Part shown: piece after piece, positions 1 through 8,459 of the stretch | Numbering within the stretch: the first letter of the stretch is position 1 | Layout: each line of letters begins with the position of its first letter | Source: Usitatibacter sp. | Lineage (GTDB): Bacteria > Pseudomonadota > Gammaproteobacteria > Burkholderiales > Usitatibacteraceae | Direction: 5' to 3' | Assembly (NCBI GenBank): GCA_036377935.1 | Contig: DASUXK010000368.1 | Coordinates: 1-34,295 of the forward strand | Length of the DNA: 34,295 nt | Translations under genes and position numbers: made by a program | Notes under the pieces: model-generated | The model's database searches: none | The model's input: the letters and a program-made list of their open reading frames with translations, nothing else | What the model was told of the DNA's origin: nothing

Positions 1-474
1 GCGCTTCACGGCCTCGAGCACGTTCTCGATGCCGCGGATGTTGAGGTAGGTCTCCTGTTGGCCCGCGAAGGACGCGTCGGGCAGATCTTCCGCCGTGGCC
101 GAGGAGCGCACGGCGAAGCTCGCCTTCGCATCGCCGCTCGAGACGCGCTCGTACTCGGCGCGGATCTCGCGCGCGAGCTCGGGCTGCAGCGCCCCGTCCT
201 CGACCAGCTTGCGGATGGCGGCGCCCGCCTTCGCGAGCGCGTTCACGTCGTCCACGTTCACGCCCGCGAGCACCTTCTCGATGCGCTCGGCGAGCTGGTT
301 GTGCGCGAGGAAATCCTGGAAGGCCTGGGCGGTGGTGGCGAAGCCGCCGGGCACGCGCACGCCGCTCGCGGCGAGCTGGCTGATGAGCTCCCCGAGGGAA
401 GCGTTCTTGCCGCCGACGGTCGCGACGTCGGCCATGCGGAGGGTTTCCAGGGGAAGGACGTTGCGGTTCGCCAT
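1..474 (-). CDS. ppsA: Phosphoenolpyruvate synthase (pyruvate, water dikinase), N-terminal part; runs off the window edge
   Basis: Hand translation from ATG at 474: [34 protein letters not shown]...[14 protein letters not shown]...[28 protein letters not shown]. Divergent from ppsR. Missing from the ORF track because it has no stop in the window. Confidence 0.96.
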   Translation of the reverse strand, partial: MANRNVLPLETLRMADVATVGGKNASLGELISQLAASGVRVPGGFATTAQAFQDFLAHNQLAERIEKVLAGVNVDDVNALAKAGAAIRKLVEDGALQPELAREIRAEYERVSSGDAKASFAVRSSATAEDLPDASFAGQQETYLNIRGIENVLEAVKR

Positions 475-515
475 GGTCGGAATCTTTTTCGTGTGACGGG
501 CCGTCGGAACTTGCA

Positions 516-521
516 ATTATA
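516..521 (-). promoter_or_regulatory. Candidate sigma70 -10 box (TATAAT) for ppsA
   Basis: Perfect TATAAT on the minus strand in the AT-rich ppsA-ppsR spacer, 41 nt upstream of the ATG. No correctly spaced -35 (TTGTCA is only 12 nt away). Confidence 0.5.
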
Positions 522-582
522 GCCAACGGGATATGACAATGTTGCGGCGCATCATCCCCGCACCTTCCCCTCCGCCCAGACC

Positions 583-1407
583 ATGTCCCAGCGCAAGCGC
601 GTCTTCTTCGTGTCCGACCGCACCGGCATCACGGTCGAGGGCCTCGGCTCGTCGCTCCTCTCGCAGTTCGCGGAGGTGGATTTCATCCGCGTGACGATGC
701 CCTTCATCGATTCCATCGACAAGGCGCGCGACGCCGTGGCGCAGGTGAACGAGGCGCACCGCGAGGCGGGCGACCGCCCGCTCGTCTTCTCCTCGATCGT
801 GGACGACAAGGTTCGCGCCGAGATCCGCAAGGCCGACGGCCTCGTGCTCGACGTCTTCGAGCGCTTCATCGTGCCGCTCGAGCACGAGCTCGGCGTGAAG
901 TCGATGCACGCGGTGGGGCGCACCCACAGCGTGGGCAACGCCAAGGACTACAACCATCGCATCGAGGCGATCAACTACACGCTCGCGCACGACGACGGCG
1001 TCACGCACCGCGGGCTCGAGGAGGCCGACATCGTGCTCGTGGGCGTGTCGCGCAGCGGCAAGACGCCGACCTGCCTCTACATGGCGATGCAGTTCGGCAT
1101 CAAGGCGGCGAATTACCCGCTCATCCCCGAGGACCTCGAGGCGAACCGCCTGCCGCCCTCGCTCCTGCCGCTCAAGAACAAGGTGTGGGGCCTTTCGATC
1201 GCCCCCGAGCGCCTGCACCATATCCGCAGCGAGCGCCGCCCGGACTCGCGCTACGCCTCGCTCGAGAACTGCCGCTTCGAGGTCGCCGCCGCGGAGAAGC
1301 TCATGCGCCAGGCCCAGATCCCCTACCTCGACTCCACCACCAAGTCCATCGAGGAGATCGCCACGCACATGCTTCACGAGGCGCATCTCGTCCGGCGAGT
1401 CTATTGA
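583..1407 (+). CDS. ppsR: PEP synthase regulatory protein (kinase/pyrophosphorylase, DUF299)
   Basis: VFFVSDRTGIT, RIEAINYTLAHDDG, P-loop GVSRSGKTPTCLY, AANYPL, TTKSIEEIA; divergent from ppsA. Confidence 0.95.
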   Translation: MSQRKRVFFVSDRTGITVEGLGSSLLSQFAEVDFIRVTMPFIDSIDKARDAVAQVNEAHREAGDRPLVFSSIVDDKVRAEIRKADGLVLDVFERFIVPLEHELGVKSMHAVGRTHSVGNAKDYNHRIEAINYTLAHDDGVTHRGLEEADIVLVGVSRSGKTPTCLYMAMQFGIKAANYPLIPEDLEANRLPPSLLPLKNKVWGLSIAPERLHHIRSERRPDSRYASLENCRFEVAAAEKLMRQAQIPYLDSTTKSIEEIATHMLHEAHLVRRVY

Positions 1408-1477
1408 GGGGTCGGTCCCCTTTTCTCGAGGAGCGAACGGTGTTCCGCCCAAGAGAAACAGGGGCCCGACCCCATTT
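1408..1477. repeat. Imperfect inverted repeat built of two GGGG-N5-CCCC mini-palindromes (REP-like)
   Basis: GGGGTCGGTCCCC-TTTTCTC (1408-1427) pairs with GAGAAACA-GGGGCCCGACCCC (1453-1473), followed by ATTT. Same core as the 25682-25773 element. Confidence 0.7.
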
Positions 1478-1516
1478 CCTTCTAAGATAGCGGCGCCCCC
1501 ATCCCGAGGAGGAGCC

Positions 1517-3424
1517 ATGCGATTCCAGAAGCGCCTGCTTCCCGCCGTGCTGCTTTCCCTCTTCGCCGGCGTCGCCGGCACCGCCGCGCCGGAAGCGCGG
1601 GCCGCGCAGTTCAGCAACGTGGTGGTGTTCGGGGATAGCCTTTCCGACGCCGGCTACTACCGGCCCTTCCTCGCCGGCCTGGGCCTGCCGCCCCAAGTGG
1701 TCGCGACGCTGGGACGGTTCACCACGAACCCCGGACCCATCTGGGCCGAGCTGGTCGCCGAGTTCTACGGCGTGACGCCCGCTCCCAGCAACGCGGGCGG
1801 GACGATCTACGCGCAAGGCGGGGCGCGCGTGGCCCAGCCGTCCGCCTCGACCCCGCCCGGCTCCGCGCAGCGCCCGGTGAGCACGCAGATCGACGAGTAC
1901 CTCGCGGCGAGCGGCGGCCACGCCGATCCGAACGCGCTCTACACGGTCTGGATCGGCGCGAACGACATCTTCCAGAACCTCGGCGCCCTGCAGGCAGGCG
2001 CCATCGACGCGGCGACGCTGCAGGCGAACGTGCTGGGCGCGGCCACGGCGGAAGTGGGACAGGTGGCGCGCCTGCGCGCCGCGGGCGCCCGCTACGTCCT
2101 GGTCTTCGGGCTGCCCAACATCGGCGCGACGCCCGCCTTCGCGGGCAGCTCCGCGGCCTCGTCCGTGACGCAGCTCTCGGCCGGGTACAACACGACGCTC
2201 TTCTCGGGCCTCGCCGCCGCGGGCATCCGGGCGATCCCGGTGGACACGTTCTCGTTCTTCAACGAGGTGGCCGCGAATCCGGGCGCGTACGGCATCACCA
2301 ACGTCACCTCGTTCGCCTGCGGGCCGTTCCCGCCCGTCACGACGGCTTCCACCGTGAGCTCGCAATTCTGCGGGCCGACGAACCTCGTCGCGCCGGATGC
2401 GGCATCGACGTACCTCTTCGCCGACTCGGTGCATCCGACGACCATCGCCAACCAGCTCACCGCGCAGTTCGTCGAGTCGCTGATCGAAGGCCCGACGCAG
2501 TACTCGCTGCTCGCCGAGGCGCCGCTCGCCACGCGCGCCGCGCACGTGCGCACGCTGAACGACGGGCTGCTCATGGGACGCGCCGCGCCCGTCGGCCAGT
2601 GGAGCGTCTTCGCCTCGGGCAGCGGCGGGAAGTACGACATCGATCCGGCCACCGGCCTTTCGGGGGTGAGCAACGACCTCTCGGCGTTCAGCGTCGGCGT
2701 GACGATGCGCGCCTCGGAGGCGGTCACCATCGGCGCGGCGTTCGGGCAGGACCGCGCCGACGGCGACTTCGGCGGCGGCGGCGGCTTCAGCACGCGCGAG
2801 AACGTGTTCTCCCTCTTCGGGGCGATGCACTACGGCGGCTTCTACGGCACGGGCATCTTCTCGATCGCGAACATCGACTTCCGCGACATGCGCCGCAACA
2901 TCGCGCTCGGCCCCGCGATGCGCACCGCCACCGCGAGCGCCGACGGCTCGAACGGCTCGGGATTCCTGAGCGCCGGCTACGACTTCCAGGTCGGGCGCCT
3001 GGCGATCGGGCCCACCGTCTCGGTCACCTGGCAGGGCGTGACGGTGAACGCGTTCGACGAGGGCGGCGCCGGCTCCGCGGACCTGCACATCGCCGAGCAG
3101 TCGCGGCACTCGGAAGTGTGGAGCGGCGGCGTGCGCGCCTCGTACGCCCTCGAGCGCTGGACGCCGTGGGTGCGGGTGACCGCCGACCGCGAGCGCCGCA
3201 ACGACGCCCGCGTCGTGACGGCGATGCCGCTCTCGCTCGCCGCGACGGGCAACAGCTACGACATTCCGGCGTACGCGCCCGACCGCAACTCCGTCACGGC
3301 CGCGATCGGCATCAACGGCTGGATCGCGGAGCGCCTGGGCCTGAGCCTCGCGTACTACAACGTGTCCAACCGCTCGGGCATCGGGGAGGACGGCTTCAGC
3401 GGCGTGCTTTCGTACCGCTTCTGA
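1517..3424 (+). CDS. GDSL/SGNH lipase-esterase autotransporter (EstA-like, type Va)
   Basis: Signal peptide ending ARA-AQF; block I FGDSLSD, QGGAR, IGAND, catalytic DSVHPT; C-terminal beta-barrel ending in YRF; SD GAGGAGGAG. Confidence 0.92.
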   Translation: MRFQKRLLPAVLLSLFAGVAGTAAPEARAAQFSNVVVFGDSLSDAGYYRPFLAGLGLPPQVVATLGRFTTNPGPIWAELVAEFYGVTPAPSNAGGTIYAQGGARVAQPSASTPPGSAQRPVSTQIDEYLAASGGHADPNALYTVWIGANDIFQNLGALQAGAIDAATLQANVLGAATAEVGQVARLRAAGARYVLVFGLPNIGATPAFAGSSAASSVTQLSAGYNTTLFSGLAAAGIRAIPVDTFSFFNEVAANPGAYGITNVTSFACGPFPPVTTASTVSSQFCGPTNLVAPDAASTYLFADSVHPTTIANQLTAQFVESLIEGPTQYSLLAEAPLATRAAHVRTLNDGLLMGRAAPVGQWSVFASGSGGKYDIDPATGLSGVSNDLSAFSVGVTMRASEAVTIGAAFGQDRADGDFGGGGGFSTRENVFSLFGAMHYGGFYGTGIFSIANIDFRDMRRNIALGPAMRTATASADGSNGSGFLSAGYDFQVGRLAIGPTVSVTWQGVTVNAFDEGGAGSADLHIAEQSRHSEVWSGGVRASYALERWTPWVRVTADRERRNDARVVTAMPLSLAATGNSYDIPAYAPDRNSVTAAIGINGWIAERLGLSLAYYNVSNRSGIGEDGFSGVLSYRF

Positions 3425-3430
3425 GCGGGG

Positions 3431-3457
3431 GCCGCTCCCGTCCGGCGCGGGAGCGGC
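3431..3457. terminator. GC-rich hairpin between convergent genes, probable terminator
   Basis: GCCGCTCCCG / 7-nt loop / CGGGAGCGGC perfect 10-bp stem; U-tract weak (TATT). Confidence 0.55.
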
Positions 3458-3744
3458 TATTCCGGCGCCGGCGCGTCGTGCGCCTCGATCGCGCGCCGCG
3501 CGCGCTCCTGCAATGCGCGCCACGAGCTCTCGAACTCGCCTTCGCGCGGGGTGATCCGCGCGAGGTAGCGCACCAGCGACTCGAGCGGCGCGCAGCGCGC
3601 GCGCTCCGCCTCGAGCGCGCGCTCGTGCTCGAAGGCGTACACCATCTCGAGCCGCTTGAACTCGCACACGCCGACGCATTCCTGCGGCGCCTCGATGCGC
3701 CCGCAGCCGATGCATTGCCACGCCTTCACCTTTTCGACCGCCAT
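3457..3744 (-). CDS. Small hypothetical protein (95 aa) with a CxxC-x8-CxxxC motif and helical tail
   Basis: MAVEKVKAWQCIGCGRIEAPQECVGVCEF...; host-like codon usage from ATG 3744, preceded by a G-rich SD-like run. The longer ORF-track version overlaps the opposite-strand gene. Confidence 0.75.
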   Translation of the reverse strand: MAVEKVKAWQCIGCGRIEAPQECVGVCEFKRLEMVYAFEHERALEAERARCAPLESLVRYLARITPREGEFESSWRALQERARRAIEAHDAPAPE

Positions 3745-3792
3745 CCCGCCCCCCGTCGTCCCTCGCGTCGCCGCGAGCCTCATAATGCCCCC

Positions 3793-4104
3793 ATGAAGCG
3801 CGTCCATGCCGCCACCAACCTTCCCGAGGCGCACATCCTCCTGGACCTGCTCGCCCAGCGCGGCATCCGCGCTCGCGTATTCAACGCCCACGCCTCGAGC
3901 CTCGCCGGCGAGCTGCCCATCGACGCGAGCCTTCCGCAGGTGTGGGTGGACGACCCACGCGACGCGCCCCGCGCCCGCGAGCTCATCGATGCCTTCCTGC
4001 GTTCGAGCCACGGCCCGGCGCGAAAGTGCCCCGCTTGCGGGGAGGAGAATCCCTCCTCGTTCGATCTCTGCTGGTCCTGCGGCGCCGGTCTCGAGCGATC
4101 GTAG
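3793..4104 (+). CDS. DUF2007-like (putative signal-transducing) protein with C-terminal zinc ribbon
   Basis: MKRVHAATNLPEAHILLDLLAQRGI...LAGELP...QVWV; C-terminal CPACGEENPSSFDLCWSC (RanBP2-type C4 spacing). Confidence 0.85.
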   Translation: MKRVHAATNLPEAHILLDLLAQRGIRARVFNAHASSLAGELPIDASLPQVWVDDPRDAPRARELIDAFLRSSHGPARKCPACGEENPSSFDLCWSCGAGLERS

Positions 4105-4144
4105 AACGTGTGGAACCACGGAACATTCCGGCGCATGTCCCCGC

Positions 4145-6373
4145 TCAGGGCGTCCCGATGAAGAGGTAGAACCGCGCGTTGCCGTGCTTCGCGTCGGCGA
4201 CGCCGAGGTAGACCGGGCCGAGGAAGGTGTTGGCCCCGAGGTAGGCGCCGAAGGAGCGCTGCCAGCCGGTGAGCGAGGTCTCGGTGAAGGGCTTGCTCAT
4301 GCGCCCCGCCTCCGCCATGAGGCCGCCGACGAGCGTGAGGCCCCAGAGCGGCGAGCCGTAGTTGAGCCGGTACTGCGCCTCGACGCGGCCGAGCGAATAG
4401 TCGCCGCCCAGCATCTGGTCGTTGGCGAACCCGGTGAGCCGCCGCGGCCCGCCCAGCGCGAAGGCGTCGCCGATCGGAAGCCGCCCCTTGAACGTCGTGC
4501 CGCCCTCGAGCCCGCCGAGGAGCGTCCAGCGCCCGCGCGACCACGCGCCGCCCCAGCGCGCCTCGCCCTTCGCGTAGGGCTCGAAGCCGGCGGAGGCGTG
4601 CAGCGCGTCGAAGTACGAGAGGTCCAGGCGCATGCCGCGGGTGGGGAAGAACGGCTGGTCGTACGTGTCGAGCACCAGCGCCGCCGTGGGGCCGCCCACT
4701 TCCTGCGTCGTGTTGAAGAAGGAATCGGGCCCGGTATCGAGCACCGCGCCGATGCGCCGCTCCGCCCAGCCCGCGGTCGCCTGCGCGTTCACGCCCACGT
4801 TCACGCCGAGCTCCGCCCCCGCGCGATTCTCCTGCACGCGGTACACCGCGAGGCGGTCGCCCTCGAAATAGAGCGGCACCTTGCGAAGTCCCGTGCTCGC
4901 ATAGGGCCGGACGAAGAAGACGTGGCGCAGGTCGAGCGGCTGGTAGAGCTCGCTCCCCAGCGACTGCTCGCTCCCGATCTGCCCGCCGACCAGCCACTCG
5001 CCCCCGAGCCGGTTCATCCACGTCCGGCGATAGAGGGTGCGCAGGTTGTAGCGGGAGTCGCCGCGGAAATCCGAGGAAAGGTTCAGGCCGAAGCGCAGGT
5101 AGTCGGGGCCCCACGCCTTCTCCACCGGCGTGATGCGCAGGATGGTGCGGTCGCGGTTGCGCACCACGCTGTAGTCGAGCGAGCTGAGATCGCCCTGGCT
5201 GAACTCCTGGACGAGGTCGCGCGCGAGCTGCGCGCTGTCCAGCGGCGCGCCCTCCTGCTGCGAGATGCCGCGGCGAATCGTCTGCGGGTTCACGAAGCGC
5301 GTCTGGGCGACCTCGACCCGGTCGATCACCGGCGCCGCATGGGGGATCGCGAGGCGCACGCGATCCTGCCACGCGGCGTATTCCCGGGGCGCGAGCGCGA
5401 GGCGCCGCAACTCGCCCGCCTTCGCGAGCGTGGCCTGCCGCCCCTTCTGCGCGGCCTCGAGCTGCCGGGTGAACGCCGTGGAGCCGATGTTGCCCAGGTC
5501 GGGCTCGATGTCGATGTCGCCGGGACCGAGGAGCGCCCGCGACTTCGCCACGTTCTGCTCGGTGAGGAGGTTCACCACCTGGCCCAGGACGGTGAGCACG
5601 CCCGTCACCTGCTCGGGCTCGAGGAGCGGCGAGCCCACGTTCACCGCGATCACGACGTCGGGATGGCAGAGGTCCTTCACCTCGGCCACGGGCAGGTTGT
5701 CGACGAGCCCGCCGTCGACGAGCTTGCGCCCGTCGCGCATCACCGGCGCGATGAGCCCCGGCACCGACATGCTCGCGCGCATCGCGGTGGTGAGGTTGCC
5801 CGTGCGCATGGCGACGCGCTGGCCGGTGCCGATGTCGGTCGCGACGATCGAGAGCGGCAGCGCGAGGTCCTCGATCTCGCGGTCGCCGAGGTCGGAGCGC
5901 ACGAGGCGGTTGAAGAAGAGCTTGAGCTTCTCGCCGGAAAGCGCGCCCTCGCGGAAGCGCAGCCCGCGGCGCGACACCCCCACCTCGGCCCCCGCGTAGA
6001 ACCGATCGTCGAGCTCCTTGCGGCGCACGTTCACCGCGCGGCGCCCGGCGGAATCGTCGAAGATCGCGATCCAGTCGGTCTCGGCCACCAGCTTCTCGAT
6101 GTCGCGCGGAGCGACCCCTGCCGCGTACGCGCCGCCCACGAGCGCGCCCATGCTCGTGCCCGCGATGCAATCCACCGGCACGCGCAGCTCCTCGAGCACC
6201 TCGAGCACGCCCAGGTGCGCGCCGCCGCGCGCGCCGCCGCCGCCCAGCACGAGCCCGATGCGCGGCCGTGCCTGGGCCGCCCCGCACGCGAGGAGCAAGG
6301 CGAGGAAGGCCGCGACGGCGGCGGCGAGGCTAGACGCGGAGCGAGAACGGCGTGAAGCGGGTGTGGCGGTCAT
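4145..6373 (-). CDS. Patatin-like phospholipase with POTRA and Omp85-type beta-barrel (PlpD-like, type Vd)
   Basis: Signal peptide AQA-RP; GLVLGGGGARG, nucleophile GTSMG, LVDGG; POTRA-like IDRVEV...ITPVEK; amphipathic barrel ending FYLFIGTP. ATG 6373 chosen for its upstream GAGGA; start uncertain. Confidence 0.9.
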   Translation of the reverse strand: MTATPASRRSRSASSLAAAVAAFLALLLACGAAQARPRIGLVLGGGGARGGAHLGVLEVLEELRVPVDCIAGTSMGALVGGAYAAGVAPRDIEKLVAETDWIAIFDDSAGRRAVNVRRKELDDRFYAGAEVGVSRRGLRFREGALSGEKLKLFFNRLVRSDLGDREIEDLALPLSIVATDIGTGQRVAMRTGNLTTAMRASMSVPGLIAPVMRDGRKLVDGGLVDNLPVAEVKDLCHPDVVIAVNVGSPLLEPEQVTGVLTVLGQVVNLLTEQNVAKSRALLGPGDIDIEPDLGNIGSTAFTRQLEAAQKGRQATLAKAGELRRLALAPREYAAWQDRVRLAIPHAAPVIDRVEVAQTRFVNPQTIRRGISQQEGAPLDSAQLARDLVQEFSQGDLSSLDYSVVRNRDRTILRITPVEKAWGPDYLRFGLNLSSDFRGDSRYNLRTLYRRTWMNRLGGEWLVGGQIGSEQSLGSELYQPLDLRHVFFVRPYASTGLRKVPLYFEGDRLAVYRVQENRAGAELGVNVGVNAQATAGWAERRIGAVLDTGPDSFFNTTQEVGGPTAALVLDTYDQPFFPTRGMRLDLSYFDALHASAGFEPYAKGEARWGGAWSRGRWTLLGGLEGGTTFKGRLPIGDAFALGGPRRLTGFANDQMLGGDYSLGRVEAQYRLNYGSPLWGLTLVGGLMAEAGRMSKPFTETSLTGWQRSFGAYLGANTFLGPVYLGVADAKHGNARFYLFIGTP

Positions 6374-7040
6374 AGTAGTCCTCGTGCTCGGCGCGCTTGA
6401 GCGCCGCGACGACGGCATAGGTGACCGGCGTGAAGACCACCTCGACCCCCACCTTGCCGACGAACTGCGCGAGCATGATCACGGCGAGCTTGTCGTCGGG
6501 GATGATGCCCGTTCCGTAGAAGGCGAGCGGATAGAAGATCAGCGAATCCACGCCCTCGCCGAAGATCGTCGAGCCGATGGTGCGCGTCCAGAGCCAGCGC
6601 CCCCCGGTGAGGATCTTCATCTTGGCGAGCACGAAGGAATTCACGAACTCGCCGCAGAAGTAGGCGACCATCGAGGCGAGCGCCACGCGCCACGCCGAGC
6701 CGAACGCGGTCTCGTAGGCCGCCTGGTTGTGCCAGAAGGGCGCCGGCGGCAGCTTCACCACCACCCACGCCATGAACGAGGCGAAGGCGAGCGCGGCGAA
6801 CCCCGCCCAGATCACGCGGCGGCTCCTCGCGTACCCGTACACCTCGGTGAGCACGTCGCCGAAGACGTACGAGATGGGGAAGAAGAGGACGCCGGCGCCG
6901 AAGACGATCGGGTCGTGGCCGGGGATCGGGATCTGCGCGGCCTTCGCCGGCCCGATGAGGTTCGAGCACACCAGCACCACGACGAACGCGACCATCACGA
7001 AGTCGTAGTACTTGTACCCGTGATGCGCGTGACTCGTCAT
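6330..7040 (-). CDS. yhhQ: Queuosine precursor transporter (YhhQ / Vut_1 family)
   Basis: Multi-TM; CSNLIGPAK, GVLFFPISYVFGDVLTEVYGY, ASMVAYFCGEFVNSFVLAKMK, LWTRTIGSTIFGEGVDS. Confidence 0.9.
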   Translation of the reverse strand: MTSHAHHGYKYYDFVMVAFVVVLVCSNLIGPAKAAQIPIPGHDPIVFGAGVLFFPISYVFGDVLTEVYGYARSRRVIWAGFAALAFASFMAWVVVKLPPAPFWHNQAAYETAFGSAWRVALASMVAYFCGEFVNSFVLAKMKILTGGRWLWTRTIGSTIFGEGVDSLIFYPLAFYGTGIIPDDKLAVIMLAQFVGKVGVEVVFTPVTYAVVAALKRAEHEDYYDRHTRFTPFSLRV

Positions 7041-7846
7041 CGGGCGCCTCCGCCGTCATCCGTGGTTGCATTGCGTCGTTGGCGAACCGCCTCGAAGAGC
7101 GCGATCGAGCCGGCGGTGCCGGCGTTGAGGGATTCCACCGGCCCGGCGAGCGGGATGCGCGCGCGCACCGTCGCCGCGGCGAGCACATCTTCGCTCAGGC
7201 CCGCGCCCTCGTTGCCGACGACGACGGCGAGGGGGCCGCGCAGATCGACCCCATAAAGCGGCCGTTCGCCACGCCCCGCGAGCGCGACCGACGTGCCCCG
7301 GAAGCGCGCGAGGAATTCGAGCAGGTCCGCGCCCTCGACGATATTGAGCGCGAAGTGCGCACCCATGGCGGCGCGCAGGACCTTGGGCGACCACGCGAAC
7401 GCGCAGCGCGGCGAGAGCATCGCGTGCCCGGCGCCCGCCGCCGCGGCGCTGCGCAGGAGCGTCCCCACGTTCCCCGGATCCTGGATGTCCTCGAGCGCGA
7501 GCACGAGCGACGCGTCGTCGGCCACGGGCCGCGCGCCGGGCGTCTTCACCGCGGCGATCACGCCCGTGGGCGACTCGACGGTGGACAGGGCCTCGAAGAG
7601 CGCATCGGCGAGCAGCGTCACCGGCGCGGGCGCGCAGCGCTCGACGAGGCGCGCGATCTCCGGGTCGTCCAGGCCCGCGCCGCTCACCATCACGGACTCG
7701 GGCTTGCCGCCCGCGTCGAGGAACGCGCCGAGCAGGTGCGCCCCGTCGAGCACGGAAGCGCCGCGGCGCCGGCGCTCGGAGCCGCTCGCCACGAGCTTCG
7801 CCATCGCCTTGAACGACGGGTTCTCGCGGGAGGCGATCGCCTTCAT
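7037..7846 (-). CDS. TrmH/SpoU family RNA methyltransferase
   Basis: IASRENPSFK, LEDIQDPGNVGTLLRSA, KVLRAAMGAHF, GNEGAGL, VESLNAG; follows rnhB. Confidence 0.93.
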   Translation of the reverse strand: MKAIASRENPSFKAMAKLVASGSERRRRGASVLDGAHLLGAFLDAGGKPESVMVSGAGLDDPEIARLVERCAPAPVTLLADALFEALSTVESPTGVIAAVKTPGARPVADDASLVLALEDIQDPGNVGTLLRSAAAAGAGHAMLSPRCAFAWSPKVLRAAMGAHFALNIVEGADLLEFLARFRGTSVALAGRGERPLYGVDLRGPLAVVVGNEGAGLSEDVLAAATVRARIPLAGPVESLNAGTAGSIALFEAVRQRRNATTDDGGGAR

Positions 7847-7847
7847 G

Positions 7848-8459
7848 TCAGAACGGAAGCTCGCCCTGCGCGAGGATACGCACCGGCTCGAAGCTGCGGC
7901 GGTGGATCTCGCACGGCCCGAGGCGGCGCAGCGCCGCGAGGTGCGTCGGGGACGCATACCCCTTGTGCTCCGCGAACCCGTAGCCGGGATAGCGTTCGTC
8001 GAGGCGGCGCATCTCGGCGTCGCGCGCGGTCTTGGCGAGGATCGAGGCGGCGGAGATCGCGGGCACGAGGCGGTCGCCATCCACCACCGTGCGGCACGGG
8101 CAGAAGACGGGCGGCGCATGCAGGCCGTCCACCCACACCTCCTCCGGCTCCCGGCCGAGCGCGGCGACCGCGCGCGCCATGGCGAGCAGGCTCGCGCGCA
8201 GGATGTTCATGCGGTCGATCTCCTCGACGCTCGCCGAGGCCACCGCCCAGGCCGCGGCCTGGGTGCGGACGAGCCCGGCGAGGCGCTCGCGCGCGGCTTG
8301 CGACAGGACCTTCGAATCCGCGAGTCCCGCGACGGGGCGGGCCGGATCGAGGATCACGGCCGCGGCGAACACGCTCCCGGCGAGCGGGCCGCGGCCGGCC
8401 TCGTCAACCCCGCACAGCAGCGCGGAGCCCGGCGTCGGGGGAAGGGACGAAGGCTTCAC
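7848..8459 (-). CDS. rnhB: Ribonuclease HII
   Basis: [51 protein letters not shown]. Confidence 0.97.
   Translation of the reverse strand: MKPSSLPPTPGSALLCGVDEAGRGPLAGSVFAAAVILDPARPVAGLADSKVLSQAARERLAGLVRTQAAAWAVASASVEEIDRMNILRASLLAMARAVAALGREPEEVWVDGLHAPPVFCPCRTVVDGDRLVPAISAASILAKTARDAEMRRLDERYPGYGFAEHKGYASPTHLAALRRLGPCEIHRRSFEPVRILAQGELPF

Noticed and set aside
7041-7120. preQ1 riboswitch upstream of yhhQ
   Set aside because: The region is TrmH-family coding sequence and shows no AGAGGTTCTAG-like stem or A-rich tail
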